From assembly GCA_016187515.1 (NCBI GenBank), contig JACPJN010000007.1:68046-132045 (forward strand): DNA of 64,000 nucleotides, in the 5' to 3' direction. This stretch comes from Candidatus Uhrbacteria bacterium (lineage in GTDB: Bacteria; Patescibacteriota; Patescibacteriia; GWA2-47-26). Position numbers and translations under genes: made by a program. Of this stretch, positions 38,647 through 48,552 are shown in pieces. How positions within the stretch are numbered: position 1 is the first letter of the stretch; every line of letters begins with the position of its first letter. The notes beneath the pieces were generated by a model. That model saw only the letters and a program-made list of their open reading frames with translations. It made no database searches and was not told the origin of the DNA.

Positions 38647-39504
38647 TTATGTTACCACCTCCGCCCCGCGCTTGCGCACAATCACCGTATGCTCAAAATG
38701 CGCCGAGGGTTTGCCATCGGCCGTTACGATGGTCCAGCCGTCGGGTTGCACATTGACGCGCCAGGTTCCTAAATTTACCATCGGCTCAATCGCAATCACC
38801 ATTCCCTCTTGCAGTATGCAATCCGGAAATCCTTCCACCCAAAAATTCGGGATCTCTGGCGGTTCGTGCACGCGGTAGCCCACGCCGTGTCCGACGAGTT
38901 CGCGCACAATCCCAAACCCAAATTTCTCCACATACTTTTCAATGGCTTTGGAAATATGGCTAACGCGATGACCGGCGCGCACTTGTTTGATGCCAATCTT
39001 TAACGCGCGCCCGGTTACTTTGATCAGTTCACGCACCTTGCGATCCACGCGGCCGACCATGACTGTGCGTGCCGTATCAGTATAGAGACCCCTCCTAACC
39101 TCCCCTTGTAAAGGGGAGGAAATTGTTTCATTTCTCCCCCTCTCGGAGGGGGAGTGAGAGGGGGTCCGTAGAACCGGCCACCGCATGCCGATGTCTATTT
39201 TCACAAGATCTCCATCCTTAATTACCCGCGACGGCACCGCCGGCGCGTGCACTACTTCCTGATTTAGGCACGCGCAAATCGTCGTGGTAAACGGCGGATG
39301 ATCCGGCCGCGGCGCGTAGCCCTTAAACGCCGGCTCTCCGCCGGCCTCCCGAATCATCCGCTCCGCCGCCACATCAAGTTCTTCGGTCGTTACTCCCGGC
39401 TTTACCATTTTACAAAGTCGCTCCAAAATCTTCGCCAAGCGCTTTCCGCCTTGGCGAATCAACTCCAGCTCCTTGGGGTTCTTTATAGTTGCTCCGCGTT
39501 CCAT
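38647..39504 (-). CDS. map: Methionine aminopeptidase type I
   Basis: VKIDIG, TD.ART, GHGVG..VHEPP, AIEPMV, SAHFEHT. Confidence 0.95.
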   Translation of the reverse strand: MERGATIKNPKELELIRQGGKRLAKILERLCKMVKPGVTTEELDVAAERMIREAGGEPAFKGYAPRPDHPPFTTTICACLNQEVVHAPAVPSRVIKDGDLVKIDIGMRWPVLRTPSHSPSERGRNETISSPLQGEVRRGLYTDTARTVMVGRVDRKVRELIKVTGRALKIGIKQVRAGHRVSHISKAIEKYVEKFGFGIVRELVGHGVGYRVHEPPEIPNFWVEGFPDCILQEGMVIAIEPMVNLGTWRVNVQPDGWTIVTADGKPSAHFEHTVIVRKRGAEVVT

Positions 39505-39642
39505 AGTCCCACTATCTTATCACAGAACGTAAAAAGAAAAAAGCCGCTCGGACTCCCCTTTGCTCCAGGGTGTCCCGCGGCTCTCGAGGTCGACCGCTCA
39601 ACTTCACGCGGCTTGACCGCTCTCCTGGCCGGTCTTTTCCAA

Positions 39643-39999
39643 TTAGGCCTGGAGCATGCGCTCCAGGTCCGCGACTGCCTGGCGAATCCGCGCGTCTTTC
39701 TGAATCCGCGCCTTAGTTTTACGGCAAGCCGTAATCACGGTCGAGTGATTCATGCCGCCAAAACGCCGGCCAATCTCCGGATAGCTCAAGTCGCACAGTT
39801 GACGCATCAGATACATCGCGATCTGGCGCGGGACGCTAATTGCGCGATGCCGCTTTGGTCCGCGCAGGTCCGCGACCGTGACGTGAAAGTAGTTGGCCAC
39901 GGTCCGCTGTACAGTTGGAGCATCCAGCGCCTCTTGACGCTGACGCGGGAAAGTGTAGCCGGGATTAAGCCCCGACCAGGTTCTACTGGCTGATTCCAT
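39643..39999 (-). CDS. Stand-alone DnaA C-terminal (domain IV) HTH protein
   Basis: VA.YF.VT..DL.G..R...I..PRQIAMYL.R.L..LSYPEIG..FGG..HSTV..A..K. Confidence 0.85.
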   Translation of the reverse strand: MESASRTWSGLNPGYTFPRQRQEALDAPTVQRTVANYFHVTVADLRGPKRHRAISVPRQIAMYLMRQLCDLSYPEIGRRFGGMNHSTVITACRKTKARIQKDARIRQAVADLERMLQA

Positions 40000-40137
40000 T
40001 AATCTTGTCCTCCTCGCTTTTATTCTGGCATACTCTTACACCCGTGTCAACTGCAAGTCAAACCTTGCGACCAATACTTGTGAAAAAAAATACGAATCTT
40101 TTCAAAATATTTCTGGACTCTTTTCGCATTCAAATTT

Positions 40138-40791
40138 TTAAAATCCCGTTTGCAGCGCTTGCATGATATTTTCGTGGATTTTTTCAATTGAGGAAGAGGC
40201 CTCTATTTCACGCAAAATTCCGCGATGGCGGTAAAGATCCAGCAGGGGTTCGGTTTCGGCGCGGTAGATTTGCAAACGCTTGGATACGGCTTCGGGTTTG
40301 TCATCATCACGCGAAGTTAAGGGCACGCCGTCTTCATCGCAATGCCATACTCCCTCGCCGCGGGATTCTTTAGGCGGAGCATAAACCACATGATAATTAG
40401 TGCCGCATTTGGTGCAGACCAGTCGGCCGGTCATGCGCTTGAGCGCTTCGTGGTCGGAAAGATTAAGTACCAGCACCTGGGTGGCCGCGATAAATTCACC
40501 AAGCAAATCATACTGCGCGCGGTTTCGCGGGTAGCCATCCAGAATAAACCCCTTTTGCGCATCTGCCTGGTTCAAGCGCGCGCGCACCACTTGCGCGGTC
40601 AAATTATCCGGCGCCAGGTTGCCGCCGCGAATAATTTCCTCGGCGCGGCGCCCCAGCGCGGTGCCGGCCGCGATTTCCGCGCGCCAAAGCGCTCCGGCCG
40701 AAATCAAAGGGATGCTCAATTTTTCCGACAGCAATTTGCCTTGGGTGCCTTTGCCTGAACCCTGGGGGCCTAAAAGTAGAATGCGATACAT
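40138..40791 (-). CDS. adk: Adenylate kinase
   Basis: GPQGSGKGTQ, GFILDGYPR, LID region, RDDD. Confidence 0.95.
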   Translation of the reverse strand: MYRILLLGPQGSGKGTQGKLLSEKLSIPLISAGALWRAEIAAGTALGRRAEEIIRGGNLAPDNLTAQVVRARLNQADAQKGFILDGYPRNRAQYDLLGEFIAATQVLVLNLSDHEALKRMTGRLVCTKCGTNYHVVYAPPKESRGEGVWHCDEDGVPLTSRDDDKPEAVSKRLQIYRAETEPLLDLYRHRGILREIEASSSIEKIHENIMQALQTGF

Positions 40792-40851
40792 AGTGATTGA
40801 GTTATTAAGTTAAGGGTTATTAAGTTATTGAAATCACTACTTAATAACTTA

Positions 40852-41676
40852 CTAACTCAATAACCTAATAACTCCAAATCCGGCCAAGGTTCCCAGCACA
40901 ATTGAAGGCAGCGCCGGCAAGGGGCGGCGATGACCCAACTGGAACAAGAGATCCGTGCCTAAAAGACCGAGCAGTGACCCGGCCGCGGCGCCGACGCCAA
41001 ACCAAAATCCTTCCCGCGCCGCGGCGGCCACAAATACCGCGGGGAGCGCCAGGTCTCCGGTTCCCAGAAAGAAAAAACCCTCGCCCGGGGTAACCGCGCG
41101 CAGCTTTTTAAAAAACCATCTTGGACGCTCGGGAAGGATCAGCGCGAAAATCACTCCCTTATCAAGCAGACCCTTAAACATGGTTACCATGTGGTGGGTT
41201 CCATAAACCGCGATCACATCATAGAGACCCAGAATAATCAGCACCACTGCCATTGATTCCCAAGCAATCACGCTTCCCAACGAGGCCGCGATACCGGCAA
41301 TCCCCCCGAGCATAATCACATTCTGCGCGATAATCAGAGGAAACAAGTAGCGCAGGGCAATCAGCCCCAGGGCTAAAAATAACGCCTCCTGCGGAAGATA
41401 CAGCTCCAAAAGCGCCCAAAGACCAATCAGAATCGACAAGCCAAAAATCGCTTCAAATACGACTCGGCGCCGGAGCTTGCGGATCAGAAAAAAAAGCACT
41501 GCCGTGGATAATAAAAAAGAGAAAATCAGCCGCGGCGCGGATAATTCCAGCGTTGTTCCGGAACCGACCAGGATATCGGCGCTCCTTAAGCGCGCGGCGG
41601 CCGATAAAACCAGCGCCTCGGTTGCCGCCAGCAGAAGCACGGTTTGTAAGATAAGAAAAAGCTGCTTTTTGGACAT
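40852..41676 (-). CDS. Presenilin/PSH-type GxGD intramembrane aspartyl protease
   Basis: Polytopic; YD, LGTGD and PALP motifs in order. Confidence 0.85.
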   Translation of the reverse strand: MSKKQLFLILQTVLLLAATEALVLSAAARLRSADILVGSGTTLELSAPRLIFSFLLSTAVLFFLIRKLRRRVVFEAIFGLSILIGLWALLELYLPQEALFLALGLIALRYLFPLIIAQNVIMLGGIAGIAASLGSVIAWESMAVVLIILGLYDVIAVYGTHHMVTMFKGLLDKGVIFALILPERPRWFFKKLRAVTPGEGFFFLGTGDLALPAVFVAAAAREGFWFGVGAAAGSLLGLLGTDLLFQLGHRRPLPALPSIVLGTLAGFGVIRLLS

Positions 41677-41726
41677 AAGACCTCTTGCAAAACAATATGT
41701 TCTACTGTAATTGGTTTGGCCGAGGG

Positions 41727-41951
41727 TTACTGGCCGAAAATGGCTTGCTCAATGGCCGAGGCGTCTCCTTCGGAGATTTTGAACTCGGCGCGCAGCTTAC
41801 GCAGACCTTTGCGCAACTCCGCTTCATATAGCCCGCCGGACCGCGCTTGCTTAAGCAGCTCTTTGACCTGCGCCTGTTCTTTCCAGCCCAACCGCTCGCG
41901 AAGTTTATATAAAATCGCGTTGATTTCCCGATCGGAGAGTTGTTTAGCCAT
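41727..41951 (-). CDS. Small hypothetical protein
   Basis: ORF co-oriented between secY and the protease gene. Confidence 0.55.
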   Translation of the reverse strand: MAKQLSDREINAILYKLRERLGWKEQAQVKELLKQARSGGLYEAELRKGLRKLRAEFKISEGDASAIEQAIFGQ

Positions 41952-42036
41952 ATATTTAGTCATCAGTTCACAGTCGTCAGTTCACGGCATTGTATTGGCG
42001 CAACTGTGAACCGACGTCTGACGACTGTAGACTCAA

Positions 42037-43317
42037 TTAGGTTTCATACTCATGCATAGTCAGCTGCGCTTCAATCTGCGTAAGGGTCTCAATCACCACC
42101 GAGACCACGATGAGCACGCTGGTTCCGCCAATCGCGAGCGCCTGTAATCCGGTCAGCCGCTGCATGGCTAAAGGAAGTACCGCGATGACTGCCAGAAATA
42201 AGGCGCCCACGAGGATCACGCGCGAGGTGACGTATTGAAGATAAGCCGCGGTGGGCTTTCCCGGACGAATCCCGGGGACAAAGCCGCCTTGTTTTTGAAG
42301 ATTTTCGGCAATCTGACCCGGATGAAAGACCACGGCCGTATAGAAGTACGTAAAAATAAACACCAAAATAAAGTAGAGTATTCCATATACTAAATTATTT
42401 TGAAAAAAATTGACTACCCATTGCGCGAGGCGGACGACTGTGAGATTGCTGGCCTGCAGGAAAAACTGGGCAATCATTGGCGGAAAAAGCACGATGGAGA
42501 TCGCGAAGATAATCGGGATAACGCCGGCCATATTCACCTTCAGCGGCAGGTGCGTGTCCACTCCGCCATACATTTTCATGCCGCGCACGCGCCGAGCGTA
42601 GGAAACCGGGATATTGCGCTGCGCTTGAGTGATGAGCACCACGCCCACCACCGTCGTAAGCGAAAGGGCGGCAAACAGCGCGAAATTGAGCGCTTGGGTA
42701 GGATCAAAACTCACCAGCACCTGCTGCGCCGCGGTCGGCAGACCGGCGATAATGCCGGCAAAGATCAAGAGTGAGATTCCATTGCCAACCTTGCGTTCCG
42801 TGATCAACTCTCCAATCCACATCAAAAACATGGTTCCGGCCGTAAGCGTCAGGATGGTAATGATATAGGCCTGGGGAGTGAGAATTCCAATAATCTGAAT
42901 CGGCGACTGGCGCAGCAGAGTAATCAGTCCAAACCCCTGGAGAGCCGCCAGCGGAACCGCGGCGTAGCGGGTCCATTGGTTGATTTTCTGGCGACCCGCC
43001 TCGCCTTCTTTCTGAAGCGCTTCCAGCTGGGGAACGACCATGGCGAGCAGCTGAAAGATAATCGAGGAAGTAATGTAGGGCGCCACCCCCAGAGCCACTA
43101 CTGAAAAACTCTCCATGGTCCCGCCGGAAAAGACATTCAAGAGTCCTAAAATCGCGTTGCTTCGAAAAAACGCCTGCAGATTCTCGGTATTCACGCCGGG
43201 AATGGGAATGTGCGCGGCTAACCGAAAAATAAAAAGCATCGCCACCACGTACAGGATACTACGGCGCAAATCCTTAAGACGCCAGATTCGGATGATCGTG
43301 CTCAAGATGCGATTCAT
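42037..43317 (-). CDS. secY: Preprotein translocase SecY
   Basis: LGVAPYITSSII, GNGISLLIFAGI, PGIRPG; start re-assigned to MNRIL. Confidence 0.97.
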   Translation of the reverse strand: MNRILSTIIRIWRLKDLRRSILYVVAMLFIFRLAAHIPIPGVNTENLQAFFRSNAILGLLNVFSGGTMESFSVVALGVAPYITSSIIFQLLAMVVPQLEALQKEGEAGRQKINQWTRYAAVPLAALQGFGLITLLRQSPIQIIGILTPQAYIITILTLTAGTMFLMWIGELITERKVGNGISLLIFAGIIAGLPTAAQQVLVSFDPTQALNFALFAALSLTTVVGVVLITQAQRNIPVSYARRVRGMKMYGGVDTHLPLKVNMAGVIPIIFAISIVLFPPMIAQFFLQASNLTVVRLAQWVVNFFQNNLVYGILYFILVFIFTYFYTAVVFHPGQIAENLQKQGGFVPGIRPGKPTAAYLQYVTSRVILVGALFLAVIAVLPLAMQRLTGLQALAIGGTSVLIVVSVVIETLTQIEAQLTMHEYET

Positions 43318-43360
43318 AGTTGCGTTGAGTAAATCAGGTAAATCAAGCGAGACAAGTGAA

Positions 43361-43843
43361 TCAAGTGTTTGACTGGCCTGATTTACTTGATTCACTTGAT
43401 TTACTCTCAACAGAGCCACCGGCCTGCTCTATTTTAGCACGCGCGGACTTAGAAAGCGAACAACCCTTAACCGTTAGGGCCTTTGTCAGCGTACCCTCTC
43501 CCAGAATTTTAATCGGCGCTCGTAGATTCTGTACCAAATCAAACTTTACTAAAAGTTCCGGCGTAATTGACGTGCCGGCCGCGAAACGCTCATCAAGCAC
43601 TCCGACATTCACCACCGCGGGTCTTCGATGAATGGAAGTAAAGCCGCGCCCCTTGGGGATTCTTTGCATAATCCGCTTCAGTCCGATGCGCTTAAGTCCA
43701 CGGCGTCCGCCTGATCGCGCGCGCTGACCCTTAGTTCCCTTTCCCGCGGTAGTCCCTCGCCCGGAACCGGCGCCGCGACCAATTCGTCTGACTCTGGTGC
43801 GCGAGCCGGAAGCGGGTTTTAGATTGGAAAGCGTGAATGTCAT
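43361..43843 (-). CDS. rplO: 50S ribosomal protein L15
   Basis: GRGAGSG.G.TAG.G.KGQ.ARSG. Confidence 0.95.
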   Translation of the reverse strand: MTFTLSNLKPASGSRTRVRRIGRGAGSGRGTTAGKGTKGQRARSGGRRGLKRIGLKRIMQRIPKGRGFTSIHRRPAVVNVGVLDERFAAGTSITPELLVKFDLVQNLRAPIKILGEGTLTKALTVKGCSLSKSARAKIEQAGGSVESKSSESSKSGQSNT

Positions 43844-43938
43844 ATTGGGCGGGATGGCCACGGATTTTCTACGGATGGCCGACGGATCACGGATCCGTGA
43901 TCTTGTGGCTATCCTGTCTTCTATCCGTGGCTATCTAT

Positions 43939-44403
43939 TTAACGCAGCTGTTCAATCGCCTGGAGCGTCGCTCTGATAATATTAATTTTATTCTTGGTCG
44001 TCCCCAGAATTTTTCCCACTACATTGGGCACTCCCGCGAGCTCAAAAACAATCCGCATCGGGCCTCCGGCTTTAATACCGGTTCCGCGCGGAGCGGGTTT
44101 TATAAGGACGAGCGCCGCGCCGGATTTGGCGCGAACTTCAAAAGGAATCGTCTCATTCATTATTGGAACCTGGATAAGATTCTTGCGCGCCCGTCGAAAC
44201 GCCTTGGCGGTGGAAAGGGCGACGTCGGCGCCTTTGCCTAAGGCAAAACCAAGCTGTCCTTTGCCATTGCCGACCAGTACCGTCGCGCGAAAAGTCAGGC
44301 GTTTTCCTCCTTTAGTCACCCGCGTAACCCTGCGCAGGTCTATCACGCGCTGCTCAAATTCTTTTTCCTCCGGTGATCGCGTACCAACTCGTCGTTCTCG
44401 CAT
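43939..44403 (-). CDS. rpsE: 30S ribosomal protein S5
   Basis: RVTRVTKGGK, PAPRGTG. Confidence 0.95.
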   Translation of the reverse strand: MRERRVGTRSPEEKEFEQRVIDLRRVTRVTKGGKRLTFRATVLVGNGKGQLGFALGKGADVALSTAKAFRRARKNLIQVPIMNETIPFEVRAKSGAALVLIKPAPRGTGIKAGGPMRIVFELAGVPNVVGKILGTTKNKINIIRATLQAIEQLR

Positions 44404-44439
44404 ATTGATGTATAGGACCTATAGGTCTTATGGGACTTA

Positions 44440-44811
44440 TCAAAACTTCAACCCGCCCTCGCGCGCTCCTTCCGCAAACGACCGCACTCTTCCGTGATAG
44501 GTTTTTGATCCCCGATCAAAGACCACCTGTGCAATCCCTTTTTGCAAGGCCAGCTCCGCGAATTTACGGCCCAGCGCGCGCGCGGCCTCCACTTTAATAT
44601 GTTTTGCCGCCGGCGGTCCCAATATCGCGTCGGAAACCGCTACCAGAGTTTGCTGTACTGCATCATCAACGCATTGCGCGTACATGTGTTTATTGGTGAC
44701 ATGCACGCTTAACCGCGGACGTCCGCTTTCGCCCCTGATCTTCGCGCGAACTCTTCGCGCCCGCTTTCCAGCTTTTACTTTGATACGCGTAATAGATTCC
44801 TGCATATTCAC
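44440..44811 (-). CDS. rplR: 50S ribosomal protein L18
   Basis: RPRLSV, VFDRG...YHGRV. Confidence 0.95.
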   Translation of the reverse strand: MNMQESITRIKVKAGKRARRVRAKIRGESGRPRLSVHVTNKHMYAQCVDDAVQQTLVAVSDAILGPPAAKHIKVEAARALGRKFAELALQKGIAQVVFDRGSKTYHGRVRSFAEGAREGGLKF

Positions 44812-44815
44812 TATA

Positions 44816-45370
44816 TTAGGCGCCCGCGCCGGCGGTCTTCGCGGCCTTACCGGCCTTTCTTCTGATCACCTCGCCGGCATACTTAATACCCTTGCCTTTA
44901 TAGGGTTCCGGCTTGCGAATCGCGCGAACTCTAGCGGCAAAGGCGCCCACGCGCGCTTTGTCAAAACTCCCCAGATTAATTGTACTCTTTTCCACCGTAC
45001 AAGTAACGCCCTCGGGGATATCCAGCTCCACCGGATGAGAAAAGCCCGCCTCGACGATAAGCTTTTTTCCCTGCACGGAAGCGCGATATCCGACTCCCAC
45101 CATTTCAAGTTTTTTCTCAAACGGAGTAAACACTCCTTGCACTAAATTGGCCAGCAGCGCCCGATGCAGTCCCCAAAGCGCGCGTTCGGCTTTTACCTGC
45201 GGATTCTTTACCGAAACCGCCAGTAATCCTTTTTCCTGGATTACCTGAACCGCCGGGTGAATTTTAAGCTGATTTTCTCCCTGGGGGCCCTTGGCCGCGA
45301 TAATATCGCCGGCAATCACTACACTGACTCCGGACGGAATTGGGATTGGTTTTTTTCCAATGCGCGACAT
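44816..45370 (-). CDS. rplF: 50S ribosomal protein L6
   Basis: MSRIGK, PEPYKGKG. Confidence 0.97.
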   Translation of the reverse strand: MSRIGKKPIPIPSGVSVVIAGDIIAAKGPQGENQLKIHPAVQVIQEKGLLAVSVKNPQVKAERALWGLHRALLANLVQGVFTPFEKKLEMVGVGYRASVQGKKLIVEAGFSHPVELDIPEGVTCTVEKSTINLGSFDKARVGAFAARVRAIRKPEPYKGKGIKYAGEVIRRKAGKAAKTAGAGA

Positions 45371-45451
45371 AATTTTAGTCGTCAGTCATCAGTTCACGGT
45401 TCACAGTACCGATCGATACTGTTGACTGTGAACTGACGTCTGTGAACTCAA

Positions 45452-45853
45452 TTAATAAATCTCACAGATAATCTCTCCGCCCAACTTTCTCTTGATGGCT
45501 TCTTTATCCGTCATTAATCCTTGCGGGGTCGATACAATTCTAAATCCGCGCACCACGCCGCTTTTCTTGAGATCAGCATGTCCCATGTAGATTCTGCTGC
45601 CCGGCTTTGAAATTCTTTTTAAAATATGGATCGCGTTTTTCTTACCCTCGCCGTATTTAAGGACGACCTGAAGATCGTCAAAGCTGCCTATCCGGGAGCG
45701 TACTTTCTCCGCCGACAAAATATAGCCCTCTTTAAGCAAGATCTCGGCAATCGCGAACTTGATCTTGGAGTACGGCAAACTTACCTCGGTCTTCCTGGCC
45801 AGCGAGGCGTTACGGATACGGGTGAGCATGTCAGCGATAGGATCAGTCATCAT
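45452..45853 (-). CDS. rpsH: 30S ribosomal protein S8
   Basis: DPIADMLTRIRN. Confidence 0.97.
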   Translation of the reverse strand: MMTDPIADMLTRIRNASLARKTEVSLPYSKIKFAIAEILLKEGYILSAEKVRSRIGSFDDLQVVLKYGEGKKNAIHILKRISKPGSRIYMGHADLKKSGVVRGFRIVSTPQGLMTDKEAIKRKLGGEIICEIY

Positions 45854-45946
45854 AGGTTGAGGAAATGAGTTATTGGGTTATTGAGTTATTCGTATCGTTT
45901 CAGCGTACTTAATAACCTAATAACTTAATAACTCTTAACTAATATT

Positions 45947-46132
45947 TTACCAACTACTCTTCCTTATCCCCGGAATCTGCCCAACGCTGGCCAGTTCCCG
46001 AAAACAAATTCTGCATAAATCAAAATCTCGGATATATCCGCGCTTGCGCCCGCATCTCCAACACCTCCGCACGTTACGGGTGCTGAATTTTGGATTCCGT
46101 TTAGATTTTTCGATTTGCGCTGAAGTAGCCAT
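45947..46132 (-). CDS. rpsN: 30S ribosomal protein S14, Zn-binding type Z
   Basis: RC.RCGR...CRICFRE. Confidence 0.95.
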   Translation of the reverse strand: MATSAQIEKSKRNPKFSTRNVRRCWRCGRKRGYIRDFDLCRICFRELASVGQIPGIRKSSW

Positions 46133-46179
46133 ACAACCACTCACGAATATTTGTGGGCTATTCGTAAACCATTGGTGCG

Positions 46180-46731
46180 TTATTTGTTACTTTCACGAAA
46201 CGGGAAGCCCATTAATTTAAGCAAAGCCAGTCCTTCTTCCCGCTTTTTGGCCGTAGTAACTACGGTGACTTCCAGGCCATGCTGATGCTCGAGTTCTCCG
46301 GCTTTAACTTCGGGAAAAGCCACCGCCTCGCGAAATCCGATCGAAAAACTTCCGCGGCGGTCAACCATTTTTGAATCCAGACCGCGGAAATCGCGGACCC
46401 GCGGCAGAGTGAGGCGCACGAATTTTTCCAGAAAATCATACATCCGCTTGCCGCGCAGCGTAACCTTAAATCCGACCGTCTGACCTTTGCGAACCTTAAA
46501 ATTGGAAATGGACTTTTTTGCCGGACGCGCGACCGGGTTCTGCCCGGCAATAGTACGCAAGGTTTCACTCATTACTTGCAGGGCCTTTTGTTCTTTAACC
46601 CCGGACGGAACTCCAATATTAAGCACCACCTTGACAATTTTTGGCACGGCCATCACGTTTTTATATCCAAAGCGCTCCTTCAATACCGAGACGACTTGGG
46701 TGCGATAGTGTTCTTGCATAGACATAGACAT
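46180..46731 (-). CDS. rplE: 50S ribosomal protein L5
   Basis: [17 protein letters not shown]. Confidence 0.96.
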   Translation of the reverse strand: MSMSMQEHYRTQVVSVLKERFGYKNVMAVPKIVKVVLNIGVPSGVKEQKALQVMSETLRTIAGQNPVARPAKKSISNFKVRKGQTVGFKVTLRGKRMYDFLEKFVRLTLPRVRDFRGLDSKMVDRRGSFSIGFREAVAFPEVKAGELEHQHGLEVTVVTTAKKREEGLALLKLMGFPFRESNK

Positions 46732-46736
46732 ACTGA

Positions 46737-47048
46737 TCAATCAATGATCGTGCGGCATTTTTTACAAACGCGGCGCTTTTTTTCTCCCGCTTTCATCACG
46801 TATCCTACTCGCGTGGTTTTACCGCACTTCGGACAGACCAGCGCCACTTTTGAGGACGGCAGCGGAGCGGGAAACTCCACTACTTGACCCTGTTGTCCTT
46901 GTTTGCGGGGACGAGTGTGCTTTTTGTGCAGATTAACCCCTTCCACCGTGACTGTTCCATTTTGAAGAAATACATTTAACACTTTCCCGGTTTTACCCTT
47001 CGAGGTTCCGGTTAGTATTTTTACAATGTCTCCTTTTTTAATCTTCAT
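46737..47048 (-). CDS. rplX: 50S ribosomal protein L24
   Basis: MKIKKGD.V KOW motif. Confidence 0.95.
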   Translation of the reverse strand: MKIKKGDIVKILTGTSKGKTGKVLNVFLQNGTVTVEGVNLHKKHTRPRKQGQQGQVVEFPAPLPSSKVALVCPKCGKTTRVGYVMKAGEKKRRVCKKCRTIID

Positions 47049-47127
47049 ATTGAAGTCGTCAGTCATCAGTTCACGGTTCACAGTACCGCTCGATACTGTC
47101 GACTGTGCACTGACGTCTGTGAACTCG

Positions 47128-47499
47128 TTATAGCAGTTCCGGAGCGAGCGAAACAATCTTCTGAAACCCTTTGGCTTTCAGTTCGCGCGCGACCGGTCCG
47201 AAGATGCGCGTGCCTTTGGGTTCCTTGCTCTTTTTATCCACGATTACCGCCGCGTTGTCATCAAATCTGATATAGGTACCATCCTCGCGCCGAGATTCTT
47301 TCCTGGTTCGGACCAGGACGGCGTGGACTACATCGCCCTTTTTAATTTGACTATGCGGAATCGCCTCTTTCACCGCGCAAGTGATGATATCTCCAATTCG
47401 CGCGTAACGCTTTTGGTATCCGCCAAGGACGCGAATACACTGGAGCTTTTTAGCGCCAGTATTGTCCGCCGGTACTAACATTGAGCGATGTTGAATCAT
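47128..47499 (-). CDS. rplN: 50S ribosomal protein L14
   Basis: [15 protein letters not shown]. Confidence 0.97.
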   Translation of the reverse strand: MIQHRSMLVPADNTGAKKLQCIRVLGGYQKRYARIGDIITCAVKEAIPHSQIKKGDVVHAVLVRTRKESRREDGTYIRFDDNAAVIVDKKSKEPKGTRIFGPVARELKAKGFQKIVSLAPELL

Positions 47500-47566
47500 A
47501 TTTTAATAACTAATTGCTCGCGAATGTTTACAAATGGCCCACCAATATTCGTGAGTTATTCGTAAT

Positions 47567-47806
47567 TTATTCGTGAGTGATTCGTGTCAGAACCCGCCAG
47601 CGCTTATCTTTCGAAATTGGCCGAGTTTCTTCAATAATTACCTGATCACCCGCATGATATTCGCCTTTTTCGTCATGGACTTTGAATTTTGTGCTGACCC
47701 GATACCGCTTCTTGTATTTCGGGTGAATTTTCATCCGCTCAACTTTAACCACCACGGTTTTTTGCATTTTATCGGAAACAATCGTGCCTTGCAGTCGCCG
47801 CCTCAT
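47567..47806 (-). CDS. rpsQ: 30S ribosomal protein S17
   Basis: SDKMQKTVVV, ETRPISK. Confidence 0.96.
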   Translation of the reverse strand: MRRRLQGTIVSDKMQKTVVVKVERMKIHPKYKKRYRVSTKFKVHDEKGEYHAGDQVIIEETRPISKDKRWRVLTRITHE

Positions 47807-47808
47807 AT

Positions 47809-47994
47809 TTATTTTGACGGTTTATCAATAGTTAAAATGCGCGCAACGGTCTTTTTGGTCTCGCGTATTTCGCGGATATTCTTAAGCTCTCTCCGAGCCG
47901 CCTTAAAACGCAACTCCCGCATTTTATCCTTCAGTTCTTGAAAGAGTTTTTGCCGCTCTTTTTCTCCCAGTTGACGCAATTCCTTAATGGTCAT
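47809..47994 (-). CDS. rpmC: 50S ribosomal protein L29
   Basis: KELR...LRF...ARILT; operon position. Confidence 0.9.
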   Translation of the reverse strand: MTIKELRQLGEKERQKLFQELKDKMRELRFKAARRELKNIREIRETKKTVARILTIDKPSK

Positions 47995-48074
47995 ATCTTG
48001 GGTTATGAGTTATTGGGTTATTGAGTTATTCGTATTGATTGGCCGTACTTAATAACCTAATAACTTAATAACTC

Positions 48075-48488
48075 TTAACTCTTATTCACAATTATCGCTT
48101 TTACCGGCAATTTGTGACCAGCTAGCCGCAGGGCCTCGCGCGCGGAAGCGCTATCAACTCCATCAATCTCAAAGAGGATTGCCCCGGGCTTGACCGGAGC
48201 CACATAATGGTCAACCGCTCCCTTGCCTGAACCCATGGGAATATCAATGCCTTTGGTCGTGCGGGCTTTGTCCGGAAAAATGCGAATCCAGATTTTTCCG
48301 CCTTTTTTGGTATAACGGGTGAGCACTTTACGCGCCGCTTCAATCTGGCGGGAGGTAATCCAGCCGATCTCCGTGGTTTTCAGTCCGAAGGATCCAAAAC
48401 CAAGCTCCACCCGCCGAGTCGCAATGCCGGTACGCGCCCGCCGGCCTTTGTGCCATTTACGATGTTTGACTTTTTTGGGTAAAAGCAT
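48075..48488 (-). CDS. rplP: 50S ribosomal protein L16
   Basis: RQIEAAR, WIRIFPD, MGSGKG. Confidence 0.96.
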   Translation of the reverse strand: MLLPKKVKHRKWHKGRRARTGIATRRVELGFGSFGLKTTEIGWITSRQIEAARKVLTRYTKKGGKIWIRIFPDKARTTKGIDIPMGSGKGAVDHYVAPVKPGAILFEIDGVDSASAREALRLAGHKLPVKAIIVNKS

Positions 48489-48552
48489 ATTGTGTTGGGT
48501 AAATCAGGCGAGGCAGGTGAATCAAGCTCTTGATTTACTTGATTTACTTGAT

